Assembly (NCBI GenBank): GCA_963716175.1
Contig: OY970296.1
Span: 288,001-352,000, forward strand
Length of the DNA: 64,000 nucleotides
DNA from: an uncultured Armatimonadetes bacterium
GTDB taxonomy: Bacteria; Armatimonadota; Hebobacteria; Hebobacterales; Hebobacteraceae
Reading direction: 5' to 3'
Shown here: positions 35,899-45,474 of the stretch, piece after piece
Position numbering within the stretch: the first letter of the stretch is position 1
How the letters are laid out: each line of letters starts with the position of its first letter
Notes under the pieces: model-generated
Told to the model about the DNA's origin: nothing
The model's input: the letters and a program-made list of their open reading frames with translations, nothing else
The model's database searches: none
Translations under genes and position numbers: made by a program

Positions 35899-37119
35899 CT
35901 AGTCCACAGGCCCAAAGCTAGAGCGCAGTATCCGCAGCAGCTCCCTTACAGCCTTCCGCCTGAGGACAGAACGCGGGACGCATCTCGCCAGCCGACTTGC
36001 GACCGAACGGCGCAGTCGCCCGTGCTCGGTTGCGGGGCCTGATGTGTCGCGGTAGCGATCTTCGGCTGTCCGCCGAGCAAGAGTAGCAGGCGAGACTCGC
36101 TGTGCCGCGCTCTGTTGCAGCAGCCGCGTCACCATCCCACCGAACTCCTCTATGCACAGTTGGCGCACTCGGGGCAATGTCACAGCGAGATGCCCCAAGC
36201 GCGTCCCGATGACCCCACCCGAGTTGCAGATGAAGTCCGGTAGCACCGGGATTCCTCTCGCCATAAGGGCAGCCTCGGCAGCATCAGCGCAGGGCGCGTT
36301 GGCAGCCGGGACCACAGCCCTAGCCCTAAGAGCCTTTGCCGTCGCCTCGTTCACCGAGCCCACCCGCGCGGCGGGCACGAGAATATCGAATGAGGCCTGG
36401 AACAGATGCTCCTTGGGGACGCACTCCCAGTCGCCGGGCTGATTCACGAACGCGTCTCCATGCCGGCTCCTCGCTGCCAGCAGCGCCTCCAGATCGAGAC
36501 CTGTTTCCTTGACGACCGCGCCTCGCACGGTAGAGGCGGCGGTGATCCGGCCGCCCCAGGCGCCTAGCTCACGCGCCAGGTGGATGCCAACCCGGCCCAT
36601 GCCCTCGATGCCCACCGCGCAAGCCTCTGGGCCGAGGTCCAGCCACGCTGCGGCCGCTTTGACCGCTCCGAACACGGTCAGCGCCGTATAGTAGGAGCTA
36701 TCCGCGATGCCAGCGAACGGCACACCGGCTCCCTGGTAGATCGCCTCAATATCGCCGGGGCCGCAGTTGAGGTCGGTCCAGGGGTAGTAGATGCCGGCTC
36801 TCAGCAGGGGCGCGCAGTGCCTGCCAAAGGAGGCGAATATGGCTCTGCGCTGCTCCTGCGACACTTCCTCAGGCAGGACAACTCCCGCCTTTGCCCCACC
36901 TGATCGGCACTGCCAGAATGCGTACTTATACGTCATCACGCGGGCAAGCTGCTCCACCTCCGCGACAGTCACATCGGCGGCCGCCCGCACGCCACCCGTT
37001 GCGCTGCCGCGCCATACCGAGTGGACTACGACGAAACCGCGCATCCCCGTGTCGGCATCAGCGCACTGGACGGTGAGAAGTGGGTCTGGCGGAATCACCC
37101 CGTCCGCTCCTCTTGGCAA
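35899..37119 (-). CDS. Glu/Leu/Phe/Val dehydrogenase family protein (divergent)
   Basis: GGVR, LARVMTYK, GGAKAG, EGMGRVG, DILVPAA, PDFICNSGGV. TTG start is uncertain. Confidence 0.85.
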   Translation of the reverse strand: MPRGADGVIPPDPLLTVQCADADTGMRGFVVVHSVWRGSATGGVRAAADVTVAEVEQLARVMTYKYAFWQCRSGGAKAGVVLPEEVSQEQRRAIFASFGRHCAPLLRAGIYYPWTDLNCGPGDIEAIYQGAGVPFAGIADSSYYTALTVFGAVKAAAAWLDLGPEACAVGIEGMGRVGIHLARELGAWGGRITAASTVRGAVVKETGLDLEALLAARSRHGDAFVNQPGDWECVPKEHLFQASFDILVPAARVGSVNEATAKALRARAVVPAANAPCADAAEAALMARGIPVLPDFICNSGGVIGTRLGHLAVTLPRVRQLCIEEFGGMVTRLLQQSAAQRVSPATLARRTAEDRYRDTSGPATEHGRLRRSVASRLARCVPRSVLRRKAVRELLRILRSSFGPVD

Positions 37120-37204
37120 GTCCTCACGTTAGCAGTACCACCTGCGACTCCGGAATCGAACGACTCAAGGTAACCCGGCTCACCGAACTGGCCCTTCGCC
37201 TTCT

Positions 37205-37233
37205 GTGATACCATCCGGGCCCTGCTGGGTCAA
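37205..37233 (-). promoter_or_regulatory. Sigma70-type promoter for the dehydrogenase
   Basis: Minus strand reads TTGACC-17nt-TATCAC with a TG extension. Confidence 0.55.
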
Positions 37234-37445
37234 GGGGACTACGCGATGCGCGCGAGGAGGGCCAGCTCCGCTCATCATGCCGATGCTAGGCAGCAGCCCG
37301 GTGCGGATCGAAGCGCGGTCAGCCACTTTCCGCCCAGACCAGCTCAAAACGCGTGGGCCAGACGCAGCCATCCTTCGCAGCCGAGGCGGCTCCAGTAGCC
37401 TTGGGCAAGGCGGCTACCTACCCCTCCTGCCACACCGGCCCCTGG

Positions 37446-38774
37446 CTACATAGACAGGTGGAAGGTGCGGGACAGGTACACCGCGAGCTGGTCTCGAGTG
37501 CAGGTATTCGCGGGGTAGTAGAGACCATCGGGATAGCCCGAGGTCACGCCCTTGGCCGCCACGTACTCCACGTGTTTGTAGCACCACGACCAGGTGTTGG
37601 TCGGCGTCACGTCTGCAAAGGTCGGGGTCTCGGGCGGGGTGTAGGTATTGAGCCCTTGTTCTCCCAACGGGCTGGCAAGGCATCGGGCCAAGAATACGGC
37701 CATCTGGGCTCGATTCACCAGCGTAGTGGGATGGAACTTGCCGTCAGGATATCCGAGGATGATGCCGTACCCGTACTCGTACTCCACGTATTTGAAGGCC
37801 CAGTAGTCACTGGGCACGTCCGGGAAAGTCGCCCCACCAGATGCCTCCGGCACGTTCCGCTCGCCGTCTGCGATAGCGCGGGCGAGGTACACGGCTATCT
37901 GGTCGCGGGTAATGCCCTCCAGAGGCCGGTAGCTGCCCTCCGGGTATCCGAGCACCAGATCCGCCTTCAGGCAGCCCATGATCCCACCATAGGCCCAATA
38001 ATCCCGGGGCACGTCCGTGAATCCCGAGACCACGTAGCGCGGCTCGGTCTTGCTCCCGGTTCCCGCCGTGTTGCTGGCCCATAAGGTCACGGTGTACGCA
38101 CCCGGTCGGGTGTAGACATGGCCGGGATTCTGCTCTAGGCTTGTGCCTCCATCCCCGAAGTTCCACTCCCAAGAGGTCGGATTGCCGCTGCTCAGGTCAG
38201 TGAACGCGACTGTGAGCGGAGTCTGGCCGTCCGTGGGGTCCGCGCCAAAGGCGGCGTTCGGAGGTGATTCGGACACCGTGATGCACGCATCCCGCCAGAT
38301 GGTGGCGGCCCCTGCCCCATTGTGAACGGTAAGCCCTACCGGGTAGGTGCCGCCCCGGGTGTAGACGTGGCTCGGGTTCTGCTCTACGCTCGTCTGCCCG
38401 TCCCCGAAGTCCCACAGCCAAGCTACCGGGCTGCCGTTGGATAGATCGGTGAAGTTGACTGTCAGCGGCACCATCCCGCTCGTCGGAGAGGCTGCGAAGT
38501 TAACCGTGAACGAGGACACCTGAAACTCCACCAGGTTCGACACCACGAGGTTGCCATCAGCGATAGCAACCGCCTGGTTGGTTATCACAGTGCCTGCGGG
38601 CGTGGACGCTGCCACTGGGGCAAGAGCAAGAAACACCAGCAGCAGCCCAAACACTGCAGCGGCAAGGCGAGAGCCCAGCCGCATCCCACGTGTTCGATTC
38701 TCCCCTGTCGCCCGACACAGCAACACCGGCACAGCCTGTGTCGCTTTCCGCATCAGCTTACCCCGCATTCCCAT
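37446..38774 (-). CDS. Secreted surface protein: 2 PKD + 3 SLH domains
   Basis: Signal peptide, two F.A.PT.G..PLTV.FTD.S..W.W.FGDG..QNP.HVY units and three F.DV...WA..GYPDG.Y.P...TR.Q.AV units. Start may be a later Met. Confidence 0.9.
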   Translation of the reverse strand: MGMRGKLMRKATQAVPVLLCRATGENRTRGMRLGSRLAAAVFGLLLVFLALAPVAASTPAGTVITNQAVAIADGNLVVSNLVEFQVSSFTVNFAASPTSGMVPLTVNFTDLSNGSPVAWLWDFGDGQTSVEQNPSHVYTRGGTYPVGLTVHNGAGAATIWRDACITVSESPPNAAFGADPTDGQTPLTVAFTDLSSGNPTSWEWNFGDGGTSLEQNPGHVYTRPGAYTVTLWASNTAGTGSKTEPRYVVSGFTDVPRDYWAYGGIMGCLKADLVLGYPEGSYRPLEGITRDQIAVYLARAIADGERNVPEASGGATFPDVPSDYWAFKYVEYEYGYGIILGYPDGKFHPTTLVNRAQMAVFLARCLASPLGEQGLNTYTPPETPTFADVTPTNTWSWCYKHVEYVAAKGVTSGYPDGLYYPANTCTRDQLAVYLSRTFHLSM

Positions 38775-38934
38775 CGCGCCCCCGAGCGAAAGCCGCGACC
38801 CGCTGCCCTTCGGCTCGCCGCCACCGCGACAAGAGCGACATCACACTGGCTCAGCAGCAAGGCGGCGAGTGCGCCGCACCTCCGCGTCTGCACCCGACCC
38901 TATCGCGCACGCCGTCCGCCCCGAGCCACTTTGC

Positions 38935-38963
38935 AGTCTAGGCGCTGCTTCCAGAGTCGTCAA
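38935..38963 (-). promoter_or_regulatory. Sigma70-type promoter (proximal) for PKD-SLH gene
   Basis: Minus strand reads TTGACG-17nt-TAGACT. Confidence 0.6.
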
Positions 38964-39093
38964 CAGATAGGAGGTCGCACGCCTACCAGACAGGCCGTGG
39001 CTCGGTCACGCTCCGTAACCGCAAATCCCGGCTCGCGCACGCAGGTAGCACCACGGATCCGGCTCCCGTCCCCGGCCGGCGACCACTACCTCA

Positions 39094-39122
39094 TGTATAC
39101 CACGCTGGCACCGGCAGGTCAA
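39094..39122 (-). promoter_or_regulatory. Sigma70-type promoter (distal) for PKD-SLH gene
   Basis: Minus strand reads TTGACC-17nt-TATACA with a TG extension. Confidence 0.5.
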
Positions 39123-39211
39123 ACGTGGGTCGCCTCTAGCTGCGACCCGGAGGGCTGGACTCCTCGGGATTACGCCAGTCTGCGGCCACTCCCACGTGTG
39201 GCGGCGAAACT

Positions 39212-39243
39212 GCGGAGGCGCAGCAGAGCCGCTGCGCCTCCGC
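39212..39243 (-). terminator. Intrinsic terminator after large PKD-SLH gene
   Basis: 13-bp stem GCGGAGGCGCAGC/GCTGCGCCTCCGC followed by AGTTT on the minus strand. Confidence 0.7.
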
Positions 39244-39270
39244 GCTAACGCCCGTTGCCTTCGAATCGCT

Positions 39271-41982
39271 CTACAGCGGCAGCTGAAACGCTCTAACCAG
39301 ATAGACTGCCACCTGATCGCGGCTCAGGGTATCCCCCGGGTGGTATCGTCCATCCGCATAGCCGAATGCGACGCGCTGCGACACCAGATACTCCACGTGT
39401 TTGTAGCACCAGGACCACCAGTTGGTCAGCGTCACATCGCGGAAGGTCGGCCTCGCCGGCGGCACGTAGCTCTTCAGCCCCTCCTCACCGGTCGGACTGA
39501 CGAGAGACCGAGCGAAGAACACCGCCGCTTCCCCACGGTTGACCTGCCCGTTCGGCCGGTACGTGCGGTTGGGGTAGCCCAGTATGATGTTGGCGCCCTT
39601 GATGTACTCGATGTACCGGTAGGCCCAGTAATCGGGCGATACGTCGGAGAACGATGGCCGACTGGGGCCGGCTGGCACGTTGGCATCGCCACCTGTCAGA
39701 GCCCGGGCGAGATAGACGGCCATCTGGTCGCGAGTCACCTTCCAGGTAGGGCGGAATCTGCCATCGAGATATCCCGCGATGATGCCCGCTCTCACACAGG
39801 CCAGGATCTCCCTGTAGGCCCAGTAGCTGGGTGGCGTATCGGAGAATGCCACCACCACAAAGGCGACCTTCGTCTGGGTTACGGATCCGGTCTCGGTGGT
39901 CACCGTAAGGGAAACTGTGTAACCCCCTCCGGTCCGGTAGACGTGGACTGGGTTCTCCTCCTCGCTGGTCTGGCCATCCCCAAACTCCCAGTGCCACGAT
40001 GCCGACGGCGCGGCGGAACTCATCCCCATCGCAGAGGCGGGACTGGCGACAGTGGATTCGTCCGTGAAGGTCACTGTCAGCGGGGGTGATCCGCTGGTCG
40101 GACTCGCCGTGAAATCCACGATCGGAGCCGGAGCCGCCGATACGCTGATGCATCCAGCCCAAGTGAGCGTGTCGGAGCCGCTTGCATTGGAGGCGGTCAG
40201 GCTCACCGTGTAGGTCCCCGCGCTGGCGTAGACATGGCTCGGGTTCTGTGCCGTCGAAGTGGCCCCATCGCCGAAGTCCCACCGCCACGACGTGGGCTGG
40301 CCTGCGGACTGGTCTGTGAAGCTCACCGTCAGCGGCGGCACCCCACTCGCGGGAGAAGCGCTGAACCCAGCCACTGGAGCGGCCACGGAGACCGAAATGT
40401 AGCTGGCCTTGGTCGCGGTGTTCGACCCGCCGGCATTGGAGGCGGTCAGGCTCACCGTGTAGGTCCCCGCGCTGGCGTAGACATGGCTCGGGTTCTGTGC
40501 CGTGGAAGTAGCGCCATCGCCAAAGTCCCATCGCCACGCACTGGGCTGGCCTGTGGACTGGTCTGTGAAGCTCACTGTCAGCGGTGGCACCCCACTCGTG
40601 GGAGACGCGCTGAACCCAGCCACCGGAGCGGCCACGGAGACCGAAATGTAGCTGGCCTTGGTCGCGGTGTTCGACCCGCCGGCATTGGAGGCGGTCAGGC
40701 TCACCGTGTAGGTCCCCGCGCCGGCGTAGACGTGGCTCGGGTTCTGTGCCGTGGAAGTAGCGCCATCGCCAAAGTCCCATCGCCACGCACTGGGCTGGCC
40801 TGTGGACTGGTCTGTGAAGCTCACCGTCAGCGGCGCCACCCCACTCGTGGGAGACGCGCTGAACCCAGCCACCGGAGCGGCCACGGAGACCGAAATGTAG
40901 CCGGCCTTGGTCGCGGTGTTCGACCCGCCGGCATTGGAGGCGGTCAGGCTCACCGTGTAGGTCCCCGCGCTGGCGTAGACATGGCTCGGGTTCTGTGCCG
41001 TGGAAGTAGCGCCATCGCCAAAGTCCCATCGCCACGCACTGGGCTGGCCTGTGGACTGGTCTGTGAAGCTCACTGTCAGCGGTGGCACCCCACTCGTGGG
41101 AGACGCGCTGAACCCAGCCACCGGAGCGGCCACGGAGACCGAAATGTAGCTGGCCTTGGTCGCGGTGTTCGACCCGCCGGCATTGGAGGCGGTCAGGCTC
41201 ACCGTGTAGGTCCCCGCGCCGGCGTAGACGTGGCTCGGGTTCTGTGCCGTGGAAGTAGCGCCATCGCCAAAGTCCCATCGCCACGCACTGGGCTGGCCTG
41301 TGGACTGGTCTGTGAAGCTCACCGTCAGCGGCGCCACCCCACTCGTGGGAGACGCGCTGAACCCAGCCACCGGAGGCGATACTGCAACTGTCTGGTAACT
41401 GGCGCTAGCCGACAGTGCAGGGTCGAAGCCTGAGGTGACAGTCAGAGTCTCGGCATCAGCACCCGCGGCTCCCGCGGGGATGATCACGGCCACCAGACAC
41501 GCTAGCTGCGTCCCGGCCGGCAATGAACCCGTGTCTGTGATCACCGTCATCTCGCTTGGCTCATGCAGGCCGTCTGCATTGTCATCGCGATAGACGGTGA
41601 CAGAGAACCCACCCGCGGAGACCGCTCTCAGCTGGAAGGTGTCTGTGCCATTGCCCGTGTTGGTGACCCTGGTGGCGTAGTAGACGGCCTGTCCCGGGGC
41701 GCCCGTGGCTGTCGCGACCGCTGGTGCCACATCAACCCCTGCCACCTGTGCGACTGTGAACTGCACCGGATTCGACGAGACCGTGCCACCCCCATAGCTA
41801 CCGCTAGCAGCATTAATCACGACCGTATCTGCTGGAGTGGCGGCGAGAACCGGGGCTGTTGATGAGAGCAGTAGAACTAAGAGAAGCGCCGCCCAGAAGC
41901 TGGCACGACGCAGCCTGCGATTAGTAGTTGCACTCCCGGTCTGCCGCCTTGGTCCGAGATACGCCCACCCTGTTCCTCCCAT
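39271..41982 (-). CDS. Secreted surface protein: Ig-like N-domain + 6 PKD + 3 SLH domains
   Basis: Signal peptide, VTNTGNGTDTF Ig-like domain, six WDFGDG-type PKD units and three SLH motifs. Confidence 0.92.
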   Translation of the reverse strand: MGGTGWAYLGPRRQTGSATTNRRLRRASFWAALLLVLLLSSTAPVLAATPADTVVINAASGSYGGGTVSSNPVQFTVAQVAGVDVAPAVATATGAPGQAVYYATRVTNTGNGTDTFQLRAVSAGGFSVTVYRDDNADGLHEPSEMTVITDTGSLPAGTQLACLVAVIIPAGAAGADAETLTVTSGFDPALSASASYQTVAVSPPVAGFSASPTSGVAPLTVSFTDQSTGQPSAWRWDFGDGATSTAQNPSHVYAGAGTYTVSLTASNAGGSNTATKASYISVSVAAPVAGFSASPTSGVPPLTVSFTDQSTGQPSAWRWDFGDGATSTAQNPSHVYASAGTYTVSLTASNAGGSNTATKAGYISVSVAAPVAGFSASPTSGVAPLTVSFTDQSTGQPSAWRWDFGDGATSTAQNPSHVYAGAGTYTVSLTASNAGGSNTATKASYISVSVAAPVAGFSASPTSGVPPLTVSFTDQSTGQPSAWRWDFGDGATSTAQNPSHVYASAGTYTVSLTASNAGGSNTATKASYISVSVAAPVAGFSASPASGVPPLTVSFTDQSAGQPTSWRWDFGDGATSTAQNPSHVYASAGTYTVSLTASNASGSDTLTWAGCISVSAAPAPIVDFTASPTSGSPPLTVTFTDESTVASPASAMGMSSAAPSASWHWEFGDGQTSEEENPVHVYRTGGGYTVSLTVTTETGSVTQTKVAFVVVAFSDTPPSYWAYREILACVRAGIIAGYLDGRFRPTWKVTRDQMAVYLARALTGGDANVPAGPSRPSFSDVSPDYWAYRYIEYIKGANIILGYPNRTYRPNGQVNRGEAAVFFARSLVSPTGEEGLKSYVPPARPTFRDVTLTNWWSWCYKHVEYLVSQRVAFGYADGRYHPGDTLSRDQVAVYLVRAFQLPL
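40131..41375. repeat. Five tandem 249-bp near-identical PKD-coding repeats
   Basis: The anchor ACCGGAGCGG recurs at 40622, 40871 and 41120 (period 249). Units 1-4 are almost identical; unit 5 diverges at its 3' end. Confidence 0.95.
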
Positions 41983-42429
41983 GTCCGCGCCCTACCTTTC
42001 CAACCGCGTTCGAGCGCAACGGCGGACTGGAGGCCATGCGCCCAGCCGCAACCCCTGAACGACGGACACACTCCCCCAGCGACGGGCGAGAGTTCCGGTG
42101 ACCGTGGGCGGTCCCCGGGCTCGTCCCTTCGAACCCCAGCCGACGTTCGGCTGGGCTATTGGGCCGCCGAGTGCTCCCAGGGTTTATTCCACAGTAGCGA
42201 GGCCTGCCTGAGCACCCATGCAGATCCAGGCAGGGAGCCCCTGCGATCTCCCGTAAGCGTCGCGCACTGCGGGAACCGCGCCGAGGCGGCGGCTCTGCCG
42301 CTCTGCTAGCGTTGCGTGGGCGTGTACACAGCAGCGAGCGGGGGGATCGCGGGGCTAGTGGGGTAGGCGCACCAGGAACAGCTCAGACCACTCTGGCACG
42401 CTGGCCAACGCGCATCTTCAGCTTCTAAT

Positions 42430-42525
42430 GGCGTTCGCACAAAGAAGTAATGTGCGAACGCCGCTCTGGGCCCGTCTGAGCAGTTGCCTGAGCTTCGCCC
42501 CCTTACTTCCTTGAGCGAAGCTCAG
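42430..42525. repeat. Pair of related palindromes in inverted orientation
   Basis: GGCGTTCGCACA-AAGAAGTAA-TGTGCGAACGCC (42430-42462) and CTGAGCTTCGC-CCCCTTACTTCCTTGA-GCGAAGCTCAG (42488-42525). Confidence 0.85.
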
Positions 42526-42802
42526 TAGGATAGCGGCGTAGCTACAGTGCAGCATGAGATGAAGCAGCATTCCTGCTCCTGACCGGCGGAGTGCGCAACG
42601 GACAAACGGGCCGGGGAGACAGCAGACGGTCAGGAATGGGGTGCGCGAGACGGTGACCTACGGCTACAACCATGTGGGTCTGATCAGCAGGTTGGCTGCT
42701 CGGGACAGGAGCAGATGGTTCACCTGCATTCCTGGCCGGCTCGAAACACAGCCTGGGCAAGCCTACGGCGTTTTCAGGGCGACCCGACCGCGGCAGACGT
42801 CT

Positions 42803-45094
42803 TCACTCGAACTCCAGCCGCACTGGCTGGTTGCAGTCCACCTCTAACGTTGCCAGCGCGCCTCGTCGCGCCACCGGGACCGATCGCTCGCCCTGCCAGG
42901 ATCCTCTGATCTTCCGGTCGCCAACGTGCACGCTAACTCGAGATCTGACGCCGGGCGCACTTTGCACAGTGAAGGAGAGCGTCTGGCCCTGATAGCTTTC
43001 CCCCGCGAACCCGTCCGAGAGCGTCGCCCACAGCACTTGCGGTCGGCCCCTCGCCGAGGTCAGGAATAGCCAGGCCGGCTCATGGGGCCGCTGGCTGAGG
43101 TCGAAGTGATGCAGCCGCCTGCCCTCGACAGGCTGGTCGCTCGCTAGTTCGTCCCTGTCCGGCCGGTAGACCAAGTACCTCTTCTCTGCCCGCAGTCCAA
43201 GTTGCCGCGGGTTAGTGATCTCCAGACGCCCTCTCGTTACCTGCGCGGCAAGATTCGCGACCACGATCAGAGTACCCTTCTCGTTACGACACCAGTAGGC
43301 GTACCAGTCGCGGACCGGCCAGCGAAGGCCTACCTCCCGCTGCCAGGCCCCCGGGAAACGAGCCCGAGAGAGGCCGAAGAAGCGCAGCAAATCCGCGTAC
43401 TGCATGAGCAGGCCGTCGGGCCGGGGACCATAGGGCACCGGGCCTCCCCCTCTCGGACCCTTCCCGTGGGCAATCACCATGGGGCTCTGGCAGCGCAGCC
43501 AGAAGCTGACCGAGCGCAGGCTCAGTTCGCGGATCGGACTCGTGAGCAGGAGCGCGTTGCACCCCAAGCGACGAGAGTTCAGATGGCCCCGCACCAGTTC
43601 AGCTGGCGTCTCCTCGATATTCGCCCATTCCCCAGGCAATCGTATGTCCACTAGGTTGTTAATGAGCGCGCCTGCAAACAGGTTGGTGTTGGACAGGATG
43701 AACTTCCCCGCGCCCCTCGCCTTGACGGCCTTGTACGCATGCCAGGCCATCTCCCTCAGCCCCGGCAGAGTGAACCGCGGGTACTTGAGGCCGCAGCCAT
43801 GCCGGGTGTTCCGACAGGCCATCTTCCCCACCCAGAAATCAATGTAGAGGCCATCGAAATCGAACCGCTCCAGGACGGTGTCCATCTCCCGCTTCCAGTG
43901 CTCTCTCCACCCCGCCGCCCCATAGCACATCAGGTTCGTGAGATGGCGGTACTCGGCCGCCGGCTCGATCTGCCAATCCTGCCCATGGGCTTGAAAGGCC
44001 GGGAGCGGGTGGTCCATGTCTGTGAACGTGAGGTAGGGGATGACCCGAATGCCATGCCGGTGACAGGCCGCGATCACCCGGCGCATCTCCCTGGGCTTGT
44101 CCGGGTGGGAGTAGTCGCCCGAGCGCCAGTGGGCGCAGCCGATGAGGAGGTTGATCCCACGGCGCGCCAGACCCGCGATCTCTTCATCTGTCGGGTAGAC
44201 GAACGAGGGATCTATCTGGTGCGGGCCCATCCAGTGTACCCGCAGATCGGCCAGGGCAGGATCGTAACGTTTCGCTGGAACCGGTGCCAGGTAGAACCGG
44301 CTGGTACGCCGCCAGCGCCTGTGCAGCGGCGTATAGAGGTTGCGCAGCGAGTAATAGGTCCATCGCACCAAACCGCCCTCGGCTTCGAGCACGAAGTTCT
44401 GGCCCGGCGTGCCCAGGGGATCTGCTGCCGGCTCGGAGTCGGTCCACCCGTGCGACAGGTTCTCCCCATCGTCCACGGTCAGGTCCAGCCCCGACTGATC
44501 GTTCCCTAGCTGAACCCAGGGCAGGAACCGTGCGCCGTGCAGTTCCTGCTTCCCTTTTCTCGCGGCAGGCAGTATCCGCGTGGCCCACCCGCCGGTGCTC
44601 TCGGCGTTGGCCAGGTCCTCGATATGCGAGTAGAAGCTGACCAGCTCGCGCCTCAACGCAGCCGCCGAGAACACCAGCCAGCGCAGCCCGCCCCGCCCCG
44701 TGCCCCGGTTCTCCACCTCAACTCGCATGACGCCATCGCAGTCAATGATGTATGTCAGATGGTAAGCAAGTGGAAAGGCGCTCCCCTCGGAGAGATACCT
44801 CCCGCTCGCCTGAAGCACGATCTGCTCCGGACTGCGCTTTACCACCCGCAACTGTGCCTGCGTTTCGCGCGCCGCCTCCCATCTCCGCCGCCGCGGGTCT
44901 ACCTCCGGCGACACCCAAAGATCGGGCAGGGGCCTGCGCCCGGCCAACCACTCCTGCCCCAGCACCCGCACGGACTTGAGCAGCCCATTGCTCCGGGCAA
45001 ACAGGTAGCGGAAAGTCGTACCCGACACCGCGATGCCGTCTCGCGTCTCCGAGATGCTGAGAGGAAGGAAGGTATGAGCGATCAGGTCGGCCAT
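42803..45094 (-). CDS. Putative glycoside hydrolase (beta-sandwich + TIM barrel; DUF6067/DUF6259-like)
   Basis: CHRHGIRVIPY, FDFDGLYIDF, C.NTRHGCG and LPGE resemble GH36/GH123-like barrels. AAGGAG SD. Family not resolved. Confidence 0.55.
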   Translation of the reverse strand: MADLIAHTFLPLSISETRDGIAVSGTTFRYLFARSNGLLKSVRVLGQEWLAGRRPLPDLWVSPEVDPRRRRWEAARETQAQLRVVKRSPEQIVLQASGRYLSEGSAFPLAYHLTYIIDCDGVMRVEVENRGTGRGGLRWLVFSAAALRRELVSFYSHIEDLANAESTGGWATRILPAARKGKQELHGARFLPWVQLGNDQSGLDLTVDDGENLSHGWTDSEPAADPLGTPGQNFVLEAEGGLVRWTYYSLRNLYTPLHRRWRRTSRFYLAPVPAKRYDPALADLRVHWMGPHQIDPSFVYPTDEEIAGLARRGINLLIGCAHWRSGDYSHPDKPREMRRVIAACHRHGIRVIPYLTFTDMDHPLPAFQAHGQDWQIEPAAEYRHLTNLMCYGAAGWREHWKREMDTVLERFDFDGLYIDFWVGKMACRNTRHGCGLKYPRFTLPGLREMAWHAYKAVKARGAGKFILSNTNLFAGALINNLVDIRLPGEWANIEETPAELVRGHLNSRRLGCNALLLTSPIRELSLRSVSFWLRCQSPMVIAHGKGPRGGGPVPYGPRPDGLLMQYADLLRFFGLSRARFPGAWQREVGLRWPVRDWYAYWCRNEKGTLIVVANLAAQVTRGRLEITNPRQLGLRAEKRYLVYRPDRDELASDQPVEGRRLHHFDLSQRPHEPAWLFLTSARGRPQVLWATLSDGFAGESYQGQTLSFTVQSAPGVRSRVSVHVGDRKIRGSWQGERSVPVARRGALATLEVDCNQPVRLEFE

Positions 45095-45474
45095 CGCGTT
45101 CTCCTTACCAGGTGAGCTTGCTGATCACAGCCCGCGGCCTACTTGGGCATATCTGTCAGCCAATCCTTCAGGCGCTACTCGCTGGGCGCGATCTCTGATC
45201 CCGGCCGAGCCCCACTGCCCTCAGACTGGAGCAAAGGGTCTGGCTCCATCGCCCAGGCAGGCCTGACGTGACTCCCTTGAGCAGTGTGGGCTACGCTCGT
45301 CGCGTGGGAGCGATATGCCACGCGGCGTTATGCACGCAAAGCATTCAGCGAAGAGGGGATTTCCTCGGACCGCGGAACCGAGGGCGCGAGGAGCGCAGCG
45401 CAACATCCGGTCGCCGCGCCAAGTATTCCCGAGTCTATGCCAACGGGCTCCTCGAGCGGGGGAAAGGAGAGGCC

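Noticed and set aside
40131-41375. CRISPR array or DGR template/variable repeat
   Set aside because: The repeats are contiguous and coding with no spacers. Differences are not adenine-specific, and no cas or reverse transcriptase gene is present.
39485-41433. Long alternative-frame ORFs (599 aa on -, 399 aa on +) with repeats
   Set aside because: Shadows of the 249-bp PKD repeats; one stop-free unit is propagated across the copies.
42394-42410. TGGCACG as a further sigma54 promoter
   Set aside because: No GC at the -12 position (reads TGGCACGCTGGCCAA).
41983-42802. Known riboswitch (c-di-GMP, cobalamin, TPP) or tRNA in the long intergenic region
   Set aside because: No diagnostic consensus recognised by eye; an Infernal search is needed to exclude it.
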